From the NCBI GenBank assembly GCA_964424775.1, contig CAYRJZ010000004.1, positions 3,262 to 67,261 on the forward strand: a stretch of DNA of 64,000 nt, given 5' to 3'. The notes under the pieces were generated by a model, which saw only the letters and a list, made by a program, of their open reading frames with translations, was not told the origin of the DNA and searched no databases. The position numbers and the translations under genes were made by a program. The stretch is from an uncultured Gammaproteobacteria bacterium (lineage in GTDB: Bacteria; Patescibacteriota; Microgenomatia; Levybacterales; UBA12049). Positions 20,454 through 29,362 of this stretch are shown piece after piece (position 1 is the stretch's first letter; every line of letters starts with the position of its first letter).

Positions 20454-20662
20454 TTGATACTTGAGTTGATCGTAATATTTTTTCTCTACAAATTTTCATA
20501 ACTTTGAGGTATCCGTCATTGACGGAGACAAGGTGGGGTTCTTAAGCCTGCGGGTAAAAGACAGCCTCCCTATTTTTTTACTCAGAGGAAATGAACGATC
20601 TATGACTCGGTATTCAAAGAGCAGAATTTATTAAAAAGCTACAGAATTCTGTAGCTTTTTAA
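20454..20662 (+). ncRNA. Candidate small non-coding RNA (about 200 nt) between consensus promoter and palindromic terminator
   Basis: Bounded by the promoter at 20413-20447 and the terminator at 20634-20662. Contains internal hairpins (e.g. ccgtc-att-gacgg). No ORF over 10 codons. Confidence 0.4.
20634..20662. terminator. Bidirectional rho-independent terminator (A-run, perfect palindrome agctacagaattctgtagct, T-run)
   Basis: aaaaagctacagaattctgtagcttttt. Lies between convergent units. Confidence 0.7.
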
Positions 20663-21435
20663 ATATTTCTCCTTAAATAATTAGCAATAGGATTGACTAC
20701 AGGTAGCAAAGTAGTTCTAATCGTTTGAGGTAAAACAGCTCTGTAAATTGACTGCATCTCTCTCAAACGCCTTGCTCCGGGATATTTTTTAATACTCAGT
20801 TCTGACAACTCATGAAAAGGCTCAAAAAGATCATCTGGTAAGTGGCTTACCTTTCTCATTTTTCTTCCAAAATCTAACAAATTAAAAAAATCTTTTTTCC
20901 TCACATAGCCAAATAGTAATGTAAGGTGAAATTGTGTCATTGGATCAAAAGTTACTACTTCACTATCATATAAATTTCCTTTTACAGGCTTCAGAACATC
21001 GGGAGATACTGATATCTCAATATCTCTATATGATATTTCTGCCTCATTTCCATCATAAAACAAAGCATTTGGACAAAGAATATCTACTTTTTGATCTGAC
21101 ACATGTGCGTTAGCATAACTCTCAATTTTTTTAAATGACACTGGCTCTTTATTTGAACGAACAATAGCTATATCAATATCCCGCAAACTTGCTGGCTCAC
21201 CTGAATATGCAGACAATGTTCGATCAGAAATAGAAGATGCTCTCCCGTATGATCCAACAAGTCTTGTATCATAACCCACATTTCCTAAAGTAGATTGTGC
21301 CTGTAATACATTTTTTGTAACAATGAGTCTTGCTTCATTTTCCGGAAGTCTTCTATTTTCCATGCGCAACATTATACAATTGAAAGGGGTTGCTGGTGAA
21401 GAGGAAGTTTTGATACAATGAGGCGTACTATTCAT
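20659..21435 (-). CDS. Hypothetical protein
   Basis: 258-aa ORF. Weak resemblance to a nucleotidyltransferase fold (GSYGR...DIDIAIV), not convincing. Confidence 0.4.
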   Translation of the reverse strand: MNSTPHCIKTSSSPATPFNCIMLRMENRRLPENEARLIVTKNVLQAQSTLGNVGYDTRLVGSYGRASSISDRTLSAYSGEPASLRDIDIAIVRSNKEPVSFKKIESYANAHVSDQKVDILCPNALFYDGNEAEISYRDIEISVSPDVLKPVKGNLYDSEVVTFDPMTQFHLTLLFGYVRKKDFFNLLDFGRKMRKVSHLPDDLFEPFHELSELSIKKYPGARRLREMQSIYRAVLPQTIRTTLLPVVNPIANYLRRNI

Positions 21436-21437
21436 TT

Positions 21438-21511
21438 GCCGACTTAGCTCAGCGGTAGAGCAGTTGTTTTGTAAACATCAGGTCGCCAGTTCAAATCTGG
21501 CAGTCGGCTCA
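21438..21511 (+). tRNA. tRNA-Thr (anticodon UGU)
   Basis: Cloverleaf folded by hand. Acceptor GCCGACT/AGTCGGC. Anticodon loop TTTGTAA. T-loop TTCAAAT. CCA not encoded. Confidence 0.8.
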
Positions 21512-21528
21512 GATTCCCATTATTCCAA

Positions 21529-21612
21529 GCTGGGTTGGCAGAGCAGCAATTGCACGTGGCTGTAGACCACGCGGTCGAAAGGCCTCCGGGGGTGCAAGTC
21601 CCTCATCCAGCA
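21529..21612 (+). tRNA. tRNA-Tyr (anticodon GUA), long variable arm
   Basis: Acceptor GCTGGGT/ATCCAGC (one G-U). Anticodon stem CGTGG/CCACG with loop CTGTAGA. Long variable arm. T-arm GGGGG-TGCAAGT-CCCTC. Confidence 0.75.
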
Positions 21613-21672
21613 CATTTTCTAAAGCGTATGGCAATGGCATATGACCATAGCTATACGCTTTTTTTTGAAGCT

Positions 21673-21744
21673 GCCGATGTGGCTCAGTGGTAGAGCACGT
21701 TCTTGGTAAGAACGGGGTCACGGGTCCGATTCCCGTCATCGGCT
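21673..21744 (+). tRNA. tRNA-Thr (anticodon GGU)
   Basis: Acceptor GCCGATG/CATCGGC. Anticodon stem CGTTC/GAACG with loop TTGGTAA. T-loop TCCGATT. Confidence 0.8.
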
Positions 21745-21801
21745 CACGTATTTCATTTCTGCCTCAAATCATGTATAATATGGCTCTGAAGGAAAAAATC
21801 T

Positions 21802-21978
21802 ATGGCAAAAAAGGGTGAACATCGAATAACTTTGGGTCTCAAATGCTCTGTTTGTAAAAACAGAAATTATGTTACGACAAAAAATAAAATGGAGACTCCA
21901 GAGAAATTAAAACTCAAAAAATTCTGCAATACATGCCGAAAAGTGACTGAGCACACTGAAGTTGAAAAATTAAAGTAA
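21802..21978 (+). CDS. rpmG: 50S ribosomal protein L33
   Basis: 58-aa ORF, below the ORF-track length cutoff. MAKKGEHRITLGLKCSVCKNRNYVTTKNKMETPEKLKLKKFCNTCRKVTEHTEVEKLK. Two CxxC pairs typical of L33. Confidence 0.85.
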   Translation: MAKKGEHRITLGLKCSVCKNRNYVTTKNKMETPEKLKLKKFCNTCRKVTEHTEVEKLK

Positions 21979-21997
21979 TTTAAATTCAACTTAGCAG

Positions 21998-22030
21998 GCG
22001 TAGAGAAAGCTGTTTTCTCTACGCTTTTTT
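21998..22030 (+). terminator. Rho-independent terminator after rpmG
   Basis: gcgtagagaaagctgttttctctacgc followed by tttttt. Confidence 0.6.
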
Positions 22031-22048
22031 AGTATAATGGGTCAACAA

Positions 22049-22119
22049 AGGGGTGTGGTGAAATGGTATCACAGCAGTCTCCAAAACTGCTTTTCACGGT
22101 TCGAGTCCGTGCGCCCCTG
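22049..22119 (+). tRNA. tRNA-Trp (anticodon CCA)
   Basis: Acceptor AGGGGTG/CGCCCCT (with G-U pairs). Anticodon stem GCAGT/ACTGC with loop CTCCAAA. T-arm CACGG-TTCGAGT-CCGTG. Preceded by a TATAAT box. Confidence 0.75.
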
Positions 22120-22166
22120 CACATCTCTCTGAACCCCACATCTTTAGGCTCTGTTACAATTACATC

Positions 22167-22592
22167 ATGAACTCCTCTATTACTCTTGTTCCTGAACTCA
22201 GTATAAATGACTTTGAAAAAAGTCTTCATTTCTATACAGAAATTTTAGGATTTAGCATTAAGTATCAAAGACCAGATGAAGGATTTGCATATTTATCTCA
22301 CGGAAATGCGGAAATTATGATAGATCAGATAGGTAAAGGACGTACGTGGCAGACAGGAAATTTTGAGTATCCATTGGGTCGTGGTATCAACTTTCAAATT
22401 GAAGTTGAGAGTATCTCTCCTATCCTTTCACGGCTGAAAGAAAATAACATTCCTCTTTTTCTTGAAGTCGAAGAAAATTGGTATCGAAAAGGCAATAAAG
22501 AAGCCGGAAATAAGCAATTTCTCGTCCAAGATCCAGATGGCTATCTCCTCCGCTTTACTGAAAATTTAGGTGAAAGACCTCTAGAAAAATAA
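22167..22592 (+). CDS. VOC-family (glyoxalase/bleomycin-resistance fold) protein
   Basis: LHFYTEILGFSIKY and HGNAEIMIDQ segments typical of the VOC superfamily. Confidence 0.7.
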   Translation: MNSSITLVPELSINDFEKSLHFYTEILGFSIKYQRPDEGFAYLSHGNAEIMIDQIGKGRTWQTGNFEYPLGRGINFQIEVESISPILSRLKENNIPLFLEVEENWYRKGNKEAGNKQFLVQDPDGYLLRFTENLGERPLEK

Positions 22593-22642
22593 GATCTATC
22601 TTACAAATAACAAGTAAAAAATAAGGTACTATTTACATAAGT

Positions 22643-23284
22643 ATGAATAAAAAGATACTAATACCGTTAACTATTATTTTCCTTGCAGCGATTGGATTCT
22701 TTGTTTTTACCCAGACTAAAACCACCCAATCAACAAATTCATCAACTGTCACTGATTCAGAGTCTACAGAAACTTCTTCTAACTCCATAACTCCAGCATC
22801 ATCTGATGCAGTAGCAGAGCTACGAGCTGGTGGAAGTAGTTATATAGACCCTAAAGGTGTATTTAGTTTTATCTATCCTAATGACTATCAACTAGACACT
22901 CAAGATAAACAACATATAAGAATCTTTAAGCAAGGTGCAACACAAAGAGGACAAACTGAGATGTATGATGGAGTTTTGATTGTATTTGAAAGTATAGATT
23001 TAGGAGAAAAAACCTTAAGTGAGCATCTTGATAAAGTAATTGAGGATGCGACCTCAAATGGAATGTCTCAAATAGTAAAAGAAAAAACTCAAACCACTCT
23101 TAATAGCTATCCTGGATATGTTTATTCGCTTCAAGGATTAGGAACAAGTGAATACATTGTTATCCAAAAAGACGCATCATCCAAATCCGCTGTAAGTATA
23201 AGTATGTCTATACAAGATCCAGAAAATGTAGGATTTCAAGAAGAGGTTAACGCAACAATTAGCACACTCCAATTATTGAAGTAA
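22643..23284 (+). CDS. Membrane-anchored hypothetical protein (Ser/Thr-rich linker)
   Basis: N-terminal TM. S/T-rich low-complexity segment followed by a globular domain. Confidence 0.45.
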   Translation: MNKKILIPLTIIFLAAIGFFVFTQTKTTQSTNSSTVTDSESTETSSNSITPASSDAVAELRAGGSSYIDPKGVFSFIYPNDYQLDTQDKQHIRIFKQGATQRGQTEMYDGVLIVFESIDLGEKTLSEHLDKVIEDATSNGMSQIVKEKTQTTLNSYPGYVYSLQGLGTSEYIVIQKDASSKSAVSISMSIQDPENVGFQEEVNATISTLQLLK

Positions 23285-23608
23285 TCAAGAAGATTCAACA
23301 ATACTCATCTCTCCCCATTTCCTTCCCATCTTTACATCAACTGGAACGCTAAAGGATAAACATAACACATAATATCCTTATCCTTAATAACTTGCTCGTT
23401 ACATGAGTCTCATCTGGGTTGTCATTTACTTCAAATACCAAATCATCTTGTATCTGGAGTAGTAATTTAATGAAGTATATTTTTGGTTATTACTTCTTTC
23501 TGTACTTCTACCATCCCCTTTTCATATTCCATCATTACATATCTCAAGTACAAAAATATTTTTCTCCTTAACTTTCAAAGAAAGAATAGACGCCACAAAT
23601 TGGGAGGA

Positions 23609-24151
23609 TTAATAAGGATACCCTTTAAGGCCTTGTATTCCTTTAAGGACTGAGACCTCACCAATTATCTGGTTCATATGACTGATTAGCATTGCATGTA
23701 TCACAGATGCCACAGTTCTTTTTCCCATTCCGAACATACTCATATCGATATCTTTTGTTAAATCCTCATCTGTTAATGACTCAAGATATTTTTCACTTTC
23801 TGCATAGACTGCCTTGGCATATTTTCCCATTTGCTCAATATCTACATTTACTTCTCGCAGCCACTTCGGGTATGCTGTTTCCCACTCAGTTGGCTGAATT
23901 TCACTCGCACCTGTTTTATCTTTCCATCGCGTATCAAATAAAGTTGGTTTTCCTTGAAGAAGTCCATGGACAAAAAAATCTTCCGACATGACAACATGTG
24001 CATATGTTCCAGCAATGGGATTTGCCTTTCCTTCTGGCTGATATGCAGCAATTTCATTTGTGACGCCATCGAGTGTCTTGTCTAAATTACTGTGGGCTTC
24101 TTTTAATTGGTCTAGAAGAAGTGTAACAGCAAAATTATTATTCATTACCAA
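23609..24151 (-). CDS. DinB/YfiT-like four-helix-bundle protein (tentative)
   Basis: 180-aa ORF with His-containing helices (AHVVMSEDFFVHGL, HAMLISHMNQ). Assignment weak. Confidence 0.35.
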   Translation of the reverse strand: MVMNNNFAVTLLLDQLKEAHSNLDKTLDGVTNEIAAYQPEGKANPIAGTYAHVVMSEDFFVHGLLQGKPTLFDTRWKDKTGASEIQPTEWETAYPKWLREVNVDIEQMGKYAKAVYAESEKYLESLTDEDLTKDIDMSMFGMGKRTVASVIHAMLISHMNQIIGEVSVLKGIQGLKGYPY

Positions 24152-24214
24152 CTTACTTTAATGAATATACATACAAAAATCAATATTGACTTACTTATTT
24201 TGAAATGAAATACT

Positions 24215-25246
24215 TTGCGAGTGACTCATAGAATTTCCTGGATAGACATCTGTAAAGGGATTGGCATACTCTGTGTTCTCTATGCTCACGGACTTGATTC
24301 AAATTCAATTCGATATCTTTTTTATTCATTTCACATTCCCCTCTTTTTCTTTCTATCGGGTGTTGTATTTCACCATAAAAACCACGAGAACTTTATTTAC
24401 AGTTTTAAAAAAGCACTTAAAGGAATAATCAAGCCATATCTTTTATTTACTCTCGGAAGTTTAGCAATTTGGTACATCATGAGAGGGCTTCCAATTCTCA
24501 CGATTGATTTTTTTATTGAACAAATTAAATACATCACGTACGGAAACGGGAGTTCAAATCAATATTTTTATAATGTCGTCCTCTGGTTTCTTCCTTGTCT
24601 TTTTGCCACTCGACTTCTTTTCACCTCCTTCCTTTCGCTAACCCAACAAAAAAAACATTTGCTCGCTCTTGTTGGAATATCTGCCGTAACCGGATATCTA
24701 CTATCAATAATTACTCCTGAGCTCAAACTCCCTTTAGGGCTTGAAACAGCTTTTAGCGCAGTTGTATTTTTTGGTACCGGATATTTATGGAATAGTAATC
24801 ACGGACAAATCAAAAATATGATCCATCCGAAAGCAGCTAGGATTTTTATTTTTTCACTCATTCTTTGGATAATTATTGCATCGATTAATTTCCATCTATC
24901 AGGACGTCAGATTGATATGCGGCTCAATTATTTCAGTAATATTTTCCTTTTTTACCCAGCAGCATTTTTAGGAATACTCTCCTCAATTTCTCTAAGTCAT
25001 TTACTTGAAGAAAACAAATTTCTTGAATATCTAGGCAAACACTCTATGCAGCTTTTTATCTGGCACTTATTCATCTTTTCTTTCCTCAGTAAGATACTTC
25101 TTATTTTCATGTCATCAAATTTTCTGGAAGAAATTCGAAATACACTTTTGGCACCATTTTATACAGTGATTTCAAGTGTCATAATATTAATTCTCTATAA
25201 AATGATTAGACGAGTAAAAGAAAATATTGCTAAACAAGCGGTGTAA
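24215..25246 (+). CDS. Acyltransferase family 3 (OafA-like) membrane protein
   Basis: ISWIDICKGIGILCVLYAHG motif. About 10 TM segments. Confidence 0.75.
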   Translation: MRVTHRISWIDICKGIGILCVLYAHGLDSNSIRYLFYSFHIPLFFFLSGVVFHHKNHENFIYSFKKALKGIIKPYLLFTLGSLAIWYIMRGLPILTIDFFIEQIKYITYGNGSSNQYFYNVVLWFLPCLFATRLLFTSFLSLTQQKKHLLALVGISAVTGYLLSIITPELKLPLGLETAFSAVVFFGTGYLWNSNHGQIKNMIHPKAARIFIFSLILWIIIASINFHLSGRQIDMRLNYFSNIFLFYPAAFLGILSSISLSHLLEENKFLEYLGKHSMQLFIWHLFIFSFLSKILLIFMSSNFLEEIRNTLLAPFYTVISSVIILILYKMIRRVKENIAKQAV

Positions 25247-26732
25247 AACTCTTGAGGCTTCCCCATTTTTTTCCAACTTTTACGCCTACTTCGACTGGAA
25301 CAGAAAGAGGAAAAACATCAATCATAACTTTCTGTATCTCATGCACTGTTTCATCTACTCTTTTTTCATTATCTTCATCAATCTCAAAAACAAGTTCATC
25401 ATGAATTTGCAATAATAATTTAAGGTCGTCTCTATTTTTAAGAACTTTTTCATACACTGCGATCATTGCCATTTTAGTTAGCTCTGCTGCACTTCCCTGG
25501 ATAGGATAATTCATCAGGACGCGTCGTGTTGCATTATCAAGGAATTTTTGTCCTGGATAAGCAAATACAAATCGTCTTCTCCCAAGCATAGTTTCAGCAT
25601 ATTTTTGTACCTGAGCATTTTTCATATATGTATCATAGTATGATTTTATTTTGGGATATGTTTTATAAAATTCCTTAATGAACTTTTCTGCTTCCTCAAT
25701 TGGAATTTGTAATCCTTCACTCATTCCATAACTACTCATGCCGTAGACAATACCGAAATTTATTGTTTTTGCGATACTTCGTTGTTCTTTGGTAACTTTT
25801 TCATAATCAACTTTAAAAATTTGTGACGCTGTTGTTTTATGAATATCCTGATTATTGTTAAAAGCATCTATGAGACGTTCTTCCTGAGACAAATGAGCCA
25901 GAATTCGAAGTTCTTGTTGTGAATAATCAAATGACAGAAGTATTTTTCCTATACTTGCAACAAAACATTCTTTTATTTTCCTTCCTTGTTCAGTAGCAAC
26001 GGGAATATTCTGAAGGTTTGGATTTGATGATGACAATCTTCCCGTGTTAACACCAACCAGACTGTATGTCGTATGGACACGGCTGAACTCATCAACTTTT
26101 GAAATCAAACTATCTATATACGTTGATTTAATTTTTGTTAACTCTCTATAAGTTAGAAGGGTTTCAATAATCGGGAACTGTCCCTGGTATTTTAGTAGCT
26201 CCTGTTCATTTGTTGCATACTGACCTGTTTTTGTTTTTGCAAGTGGTACCCCTTCTTTTTCTGCAAGGAATGTACCCATTTGTGCTGGTGAAGAGATATT
26301 TATTTCGTACCCAACTACATCTAAGATTTTTTCTTTAATCTTGACTAATGCAGTATCGATGTCTGCGCCAACTTTTTTAAGACATTCACAATCGAGTTCT
26401 ATACCGTTTTTCTCCATGGTAATAAGAATGGGTATAAGTGGAATCTCAATCTCATGAAGCAACTTTGATAAAGTGGGTAAATCTTGTAGCAGAAGTTGTT
26501 GCTTCTTACCCAGCTCTTCAAGCGTAGAGACTTTGTATTTCTCAAGTGTCTTTTCTTTCTCAGGTGTCCCTCTTCCATCACTCAAAAGATATTCAGCAAT
26601 AAAACAATCGAAAATTTCTTTTGGATCTTCATTTTCGTATGATTGCTTCCAGTCCCAAACGTATTTCATACCAGCTCGATTATACCCAGTGAAATCAATT
26701 CTGTACAGGAAGACATTATTTGCCAAGCTCAA
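25230..26732 (-). CDS. polA: DNA polymerase I (family A) polymerase domain without 5'-3' exonuclease domain
   Basis: Motif B KTINFGIVYGMSSYG and motif C LLLQIHDELVFE. Only 500 aa, so it lacks the N-terminal 5'-3' exonuclease domain. Confidence 0.85.
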   Translation of the reverse strand: MSLANNVFLYRIDFTGYNRAGMKYVWDWKQSYENEDPKEIFDCFIAEYLLSDGRGTPEKEKTLEKYKVSTLEELGKKQQLLLQDLPTLSKLLHEIEIPLIPILITMEKNGIELDCECLKKVGADIDTALVKIKEKILDVVGYEINISSPAQMGTFLAEKEGVPLAKTKTGQYATNEQELLKYQGQFPIIETLLTYRELTKIKSTYIDSLISKVDEFSRVHTTYSLVGVNTGRLSSSNPNLQNIPVATEQGRKIKECFVASIGKILLSFDYSQQELRILAHLSQEERLIDAFNNNQDIHKTTASQIFKVDYEKVTKEQRSIAKTINFGIVYGMSSYGMSEGLQIPIEEAEKFIKEFYKTYPKIKSYYDTYMKNAQVQKYAETMLGRRRFVFAYPGQKFLDNATRRVLMNYPIQGSAAELTKMAMIAVYEKVLKNRDDLKLLLQIHDELVFEIDEDNEKRVDETVHEIQKVMIDVFPLSVPVEVGVKVGKKWGSLKSFTPLV

Positions 26733-26762
26733 CTATTTAAGATACTATGTTTATGAAAGGAG

Positions 26763-27170
26763 GTGAACTTAATGAACATTTTACCTATTATCATTTCAGT
26801 TGTTTTAAGCATGGTTATTGGTTTTATTTGGTATGGACCACTTTTTGGCAAATCATGGATGGAACTTGTCGGTCTTACAAAAAAAGATATTGAAGACGCA
26901 AAAGATAAAATGCTAGTAACATATGCTGGTATGATGCTAACAAGTCTTGTACAGACAGTTATTCTTTCCCAATTTATTTCTTCACAGAACGCAGTCGGAG
27001 TTTTGGGAGGAATTATGGTGAGTTTCTTTGCCTGGCTTGGATTTACTGCAGCATTTGGCTTTAGTTCTGTCCTTTTTTCAAAAAAACCATTAAAGCTTTT
27101 TGCTATTGAAGCAGGATATCAACTCGTCTTTCTCATAGTAGCTGGGTCACTCATAGCGTCTTGGCAGTAA
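26763..27170 (+). CDS. Small membrane protein (DUF1761-like)
   Basis: 4 TM helices. GFIWYGPLFGKSWMEL N-terminal motif. Confidence 0.45.
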   Translation: MNLMNILPIIISVVLSMVIGFIWYGPLFGKSWMELVGLTKKDIEDAKDKMLVTYAGMMLTSLVQTVILSQFISSQNAVGVLGGIMVSFFAWLGFTAAFGFSSVLFSKKPLKLFAIEAGYQLVFLIVAGSLIASWQ

Positions 27171-27326
27171 ACATTTAAGAATAGTCTGTGATATAGTTTT
27201 AAGGTGGAAAAGAAGAAATTTAACTTTACTGAATTACGCATTATTGCAATCAGTTTGAGTATTCTTTCTTTTGGACTTGCGATTGCCTATATTGGCCTAC
27301 TCCTCTTTTTAAATAAATAAAAGTAA

Positions 27327-27845
27327 CTATGGCCGAATTGAATTTCTTTTCAGTTCTAGGATCTCTTTCTTTAAAAGGGCCATATCGTCAGTAATTCGAG
27401 ACAAATGATTCTCAATGACATTCATCGGATCCTCAGTTGACTCAACAAAATTTACATCACTTATTTTATCCTCCACCTGCATTCGTTCAAGGTCATCTGA
27501 AATGTCCTCTACCTCTTCCTGAATCTCAACAAAGTCACCTTCAATTCCTTCTACATCTTCCTGAATTTCATCAATATCCTGTTCGACATCTTTCAAACTT
27601 TTTGTATTTCTGTTAACCGTAATTTGTATAAAAAGGGAAAGATATATTGCTTCAAGTGAAACAACTGTTGTCAGTATGAGCATAACTTGATCCGGTTCTA
27701 TACCAAAAATCGTTAAAACAAATATCCCAATAAAAAAGACCGTATGAAGCAAAAGAGATTCAGTTGTTCCCAACCAATTAGGGGCAATTATTGCTAATTT
27801 CTCAAGAAAGGATGTTTTGTTTTTCTTTACGTGAAGTTCTGCCAC
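27327..27845 (-). CDS. Membrane protein with acidic coiled C-terminal tail (DUF1003-like)
   Basis: Two TM helices followed by a D/E-rich repetitive tail (EDVEGIEGDFVEIQEEVEDISDD). Confidence 0.45.
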   Translation of the reverse strand: MAELHVKKNKTSFLEKLAIIAPNWLGTTESLLLHTVFFIGIFVLTIFGIEPDQVMLILTTVVSLEAIYLSLFIQITVNRNTKSLKDVEQDIDEIQEDVEGIEGDFVEIQEEVEDISDDLERMQVEDKISDVNFVESTEDPMNVIENHLSRITDDMALLKKEILELKRNSIRP

Positions 27846-27948
27846 AACTCCATTGTTTCACTCCTTTCATAATTAAGTCAACAGTGTTAAAAGTAAGAAT
27901 ATGCTTGTCAAACTTGACCAAATTGTAATTTACTGAAATACTAAAAAA

Positions 27949-28629
27949 GTGCTTCAGAAAAAAAACATCTATACCGTTGGATTTGCAAAAACAGTAACAC
28001 TCCTTATTCTTGCATTGCTCTTTCTCGTCTTAGGAGCGAGTGCCTATTTCCTCTCTAAGAACAATCAGACAAATTCTCCTCAGTCTCCTACACCAATAAG
28101 AACTATTCAAAATACCTCTCATGAGACATCATCAGATCATCTTATCTACTCAAACACCAAGCAAAATTTTAAATTTACCTATCCATCAGACTGGGTAGTT
28201 CGTATTACAGCCGAAGAAGAAAACTATATAACTGGAGTTGTTAGTAGTCCTTCGAATTTAAGTGTTGCTTTTCTTGTTGGCCCCCCAGGGGTTGGAGGTC
28301 GATGTGAAGTAAATCCAAATGCTGACCAAGGCCATGAACAAATTAAAGTATTTAACTCAGATCTTTACCTTCATTATTATGGAGACAAAAAAAATAATAC
28401 TATCTCTTATGCGTATATCATCAAAGACAATTTCCAGTGTCCAAATATCGCTTTTTTCACGATACCTGATACTTTCCAAACACCTGATGGGATGAGTTTG
28501 GAAAAGTTAGCAAGCTTCAAGGTTACCCATGCAACTTCGAATCTTAAAGTATCTGATTTTAAATCATCAGAATTTCAAGTCGCAAAAGAAATCATTAAGT
28601 CTTTTTCGCTTTTATCCTCACAAAAATAG
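27949..28629 (+). CDS. Membrane-anchored/secreted hypothetical protein
   Basis: N-terminal TM and a PGVGGRCE-containing globular domain. Confidence 0.45.
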   Translation: MLQKKNIYTVGFAKTVTLLILALLFLVLGASAYFLSKNNQTNSPQSPTPIRTIQNTSHETSSDHLIYSNTKQNFKFTYPSDWVVRITAEEENYITGVVSSPSNLSVAFLVGPPGVGGRCEVNPNADQGHEQIKVFNSDLYLHYYGDKKNNTISYAYIIKDNFQCPNIAFFTIPDTFQTPDGMSLEKLASFKVTHATSNLKVSDFKSSEFQVAKEIIKSFSLLSSQK

Positions 28630-28769
28630 TCTTATAGTTTCACATTTCCCTTCAGTTGTGTTATAGTTCCTGCATCAGAAATGGAAAGTGGCACGAGCGC
28701 CTCTTCTCCAGTTCTCACTCTGTGCCACATGGTACAGAATCGCACCTTAACTCTAGGAGGATGGTCGTG

Positions 28770-29306
28770 ATGACCGACAGTCTCAAACCCTTATACGGTG
28801 AAGTGAATCCTTTTCTGGCTGTCATGATCAGCCTGCTCTTCGGATTCGCTGGGGTCATGCTCATGCGGATCGTGGTTGAGCAGGACTTCTACCTGCTACG
28901 CTGGAAAGCGTTCGTGATCGGCGATTCAATCGCCTTCTCTCTCTTCGCTTTCTTCGCATCTCGCGGTTTACAAAGGTATACTCCCCAAGGGAGATGGTAT
29001 GACCAACGCTGGTTCATACTCGTTCTCATGCTGCTCGGAGTCCTCATCGGCATCTACCTATTGCGTGATGCGATGCAGACCCGGCAAGTATCTTGGGAAG
29101 AGGTAAAAAAGCCGAGCGAACTCTTCCACACGTTCATCACCTACCCCGCGCTCATGGCATTGATCGCCCGAAGCGCCATCATCCTCTTCTTCGTGTCCGA
29201 CGCACCTCGCGTCGACAAGATAGGAGCAGCTGCTGGCCTTCTCATCTACGCTGCTGCGCTTGCTTATGACATGAGTCCTCTTCAGGACCATGGACCGGGG
29301 CGATGA
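28770..29306 (+). CDS. Hypothetical 4-TM membrane protein encoded in a high-GC island
   Basis: Local GC about 55% against about 35% in flanks. AGGAGG 9 nt upstream of ATG 28770 (the ORF opens at 28656). Four hydrophobic helices. Confidence 0.5.
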   Translation: MTDSLKPLYGEVNPFLAVMISLLFGFAGVMLMRIVVEQDFYLLRWKAFVIGDSIAFSLFAFFASRGLQRYTPQGRWYDQRWFILVLMLLGVLIGIYLLRDAMQTRQVSWEEVKKPSELFHTFITYPALMALIARSAIILFFVSDAPRVDKIGAAAGLLIYAAALAYDMSPLQDHGPGR

Positions 29307-29317
29307 CCTAGAGTCAA

Positions 29318-29345
29318 CGTTCTGGCGTCCCGCATATGCGGGACG
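29318..29345. terminator. GC-rich perfect hairpin (ctggcgtcccgc-atat-gcgggacgccag) between convergent genes
   Basis: 12-bp perfect stem. Lies between the + gene ending 29306 and the - gene ending 29363. No strong U-tract. Confidence 0.5.
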
Positions 29346-29362
29346 CCAGACACACAAAATTC

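Noticed and set aside
21529-21612. Initial reading of the tRNA-Tyr region as a minus-strand tRNA
   Set aside because: The plus-strand fold gives a proper acceptor stem, a GUA anticodon in a 7-nt loop and a T-arm. The minus-strand fold does not.
21509-21739. 76-aa minus-strand ORF from the six-frame track
   Set aside because: It lies entirely over the tRNA-Tyr and tRNA-Thr(GGU) genes on the opposite strand. No RBS. An artefact of the structured RNA region.
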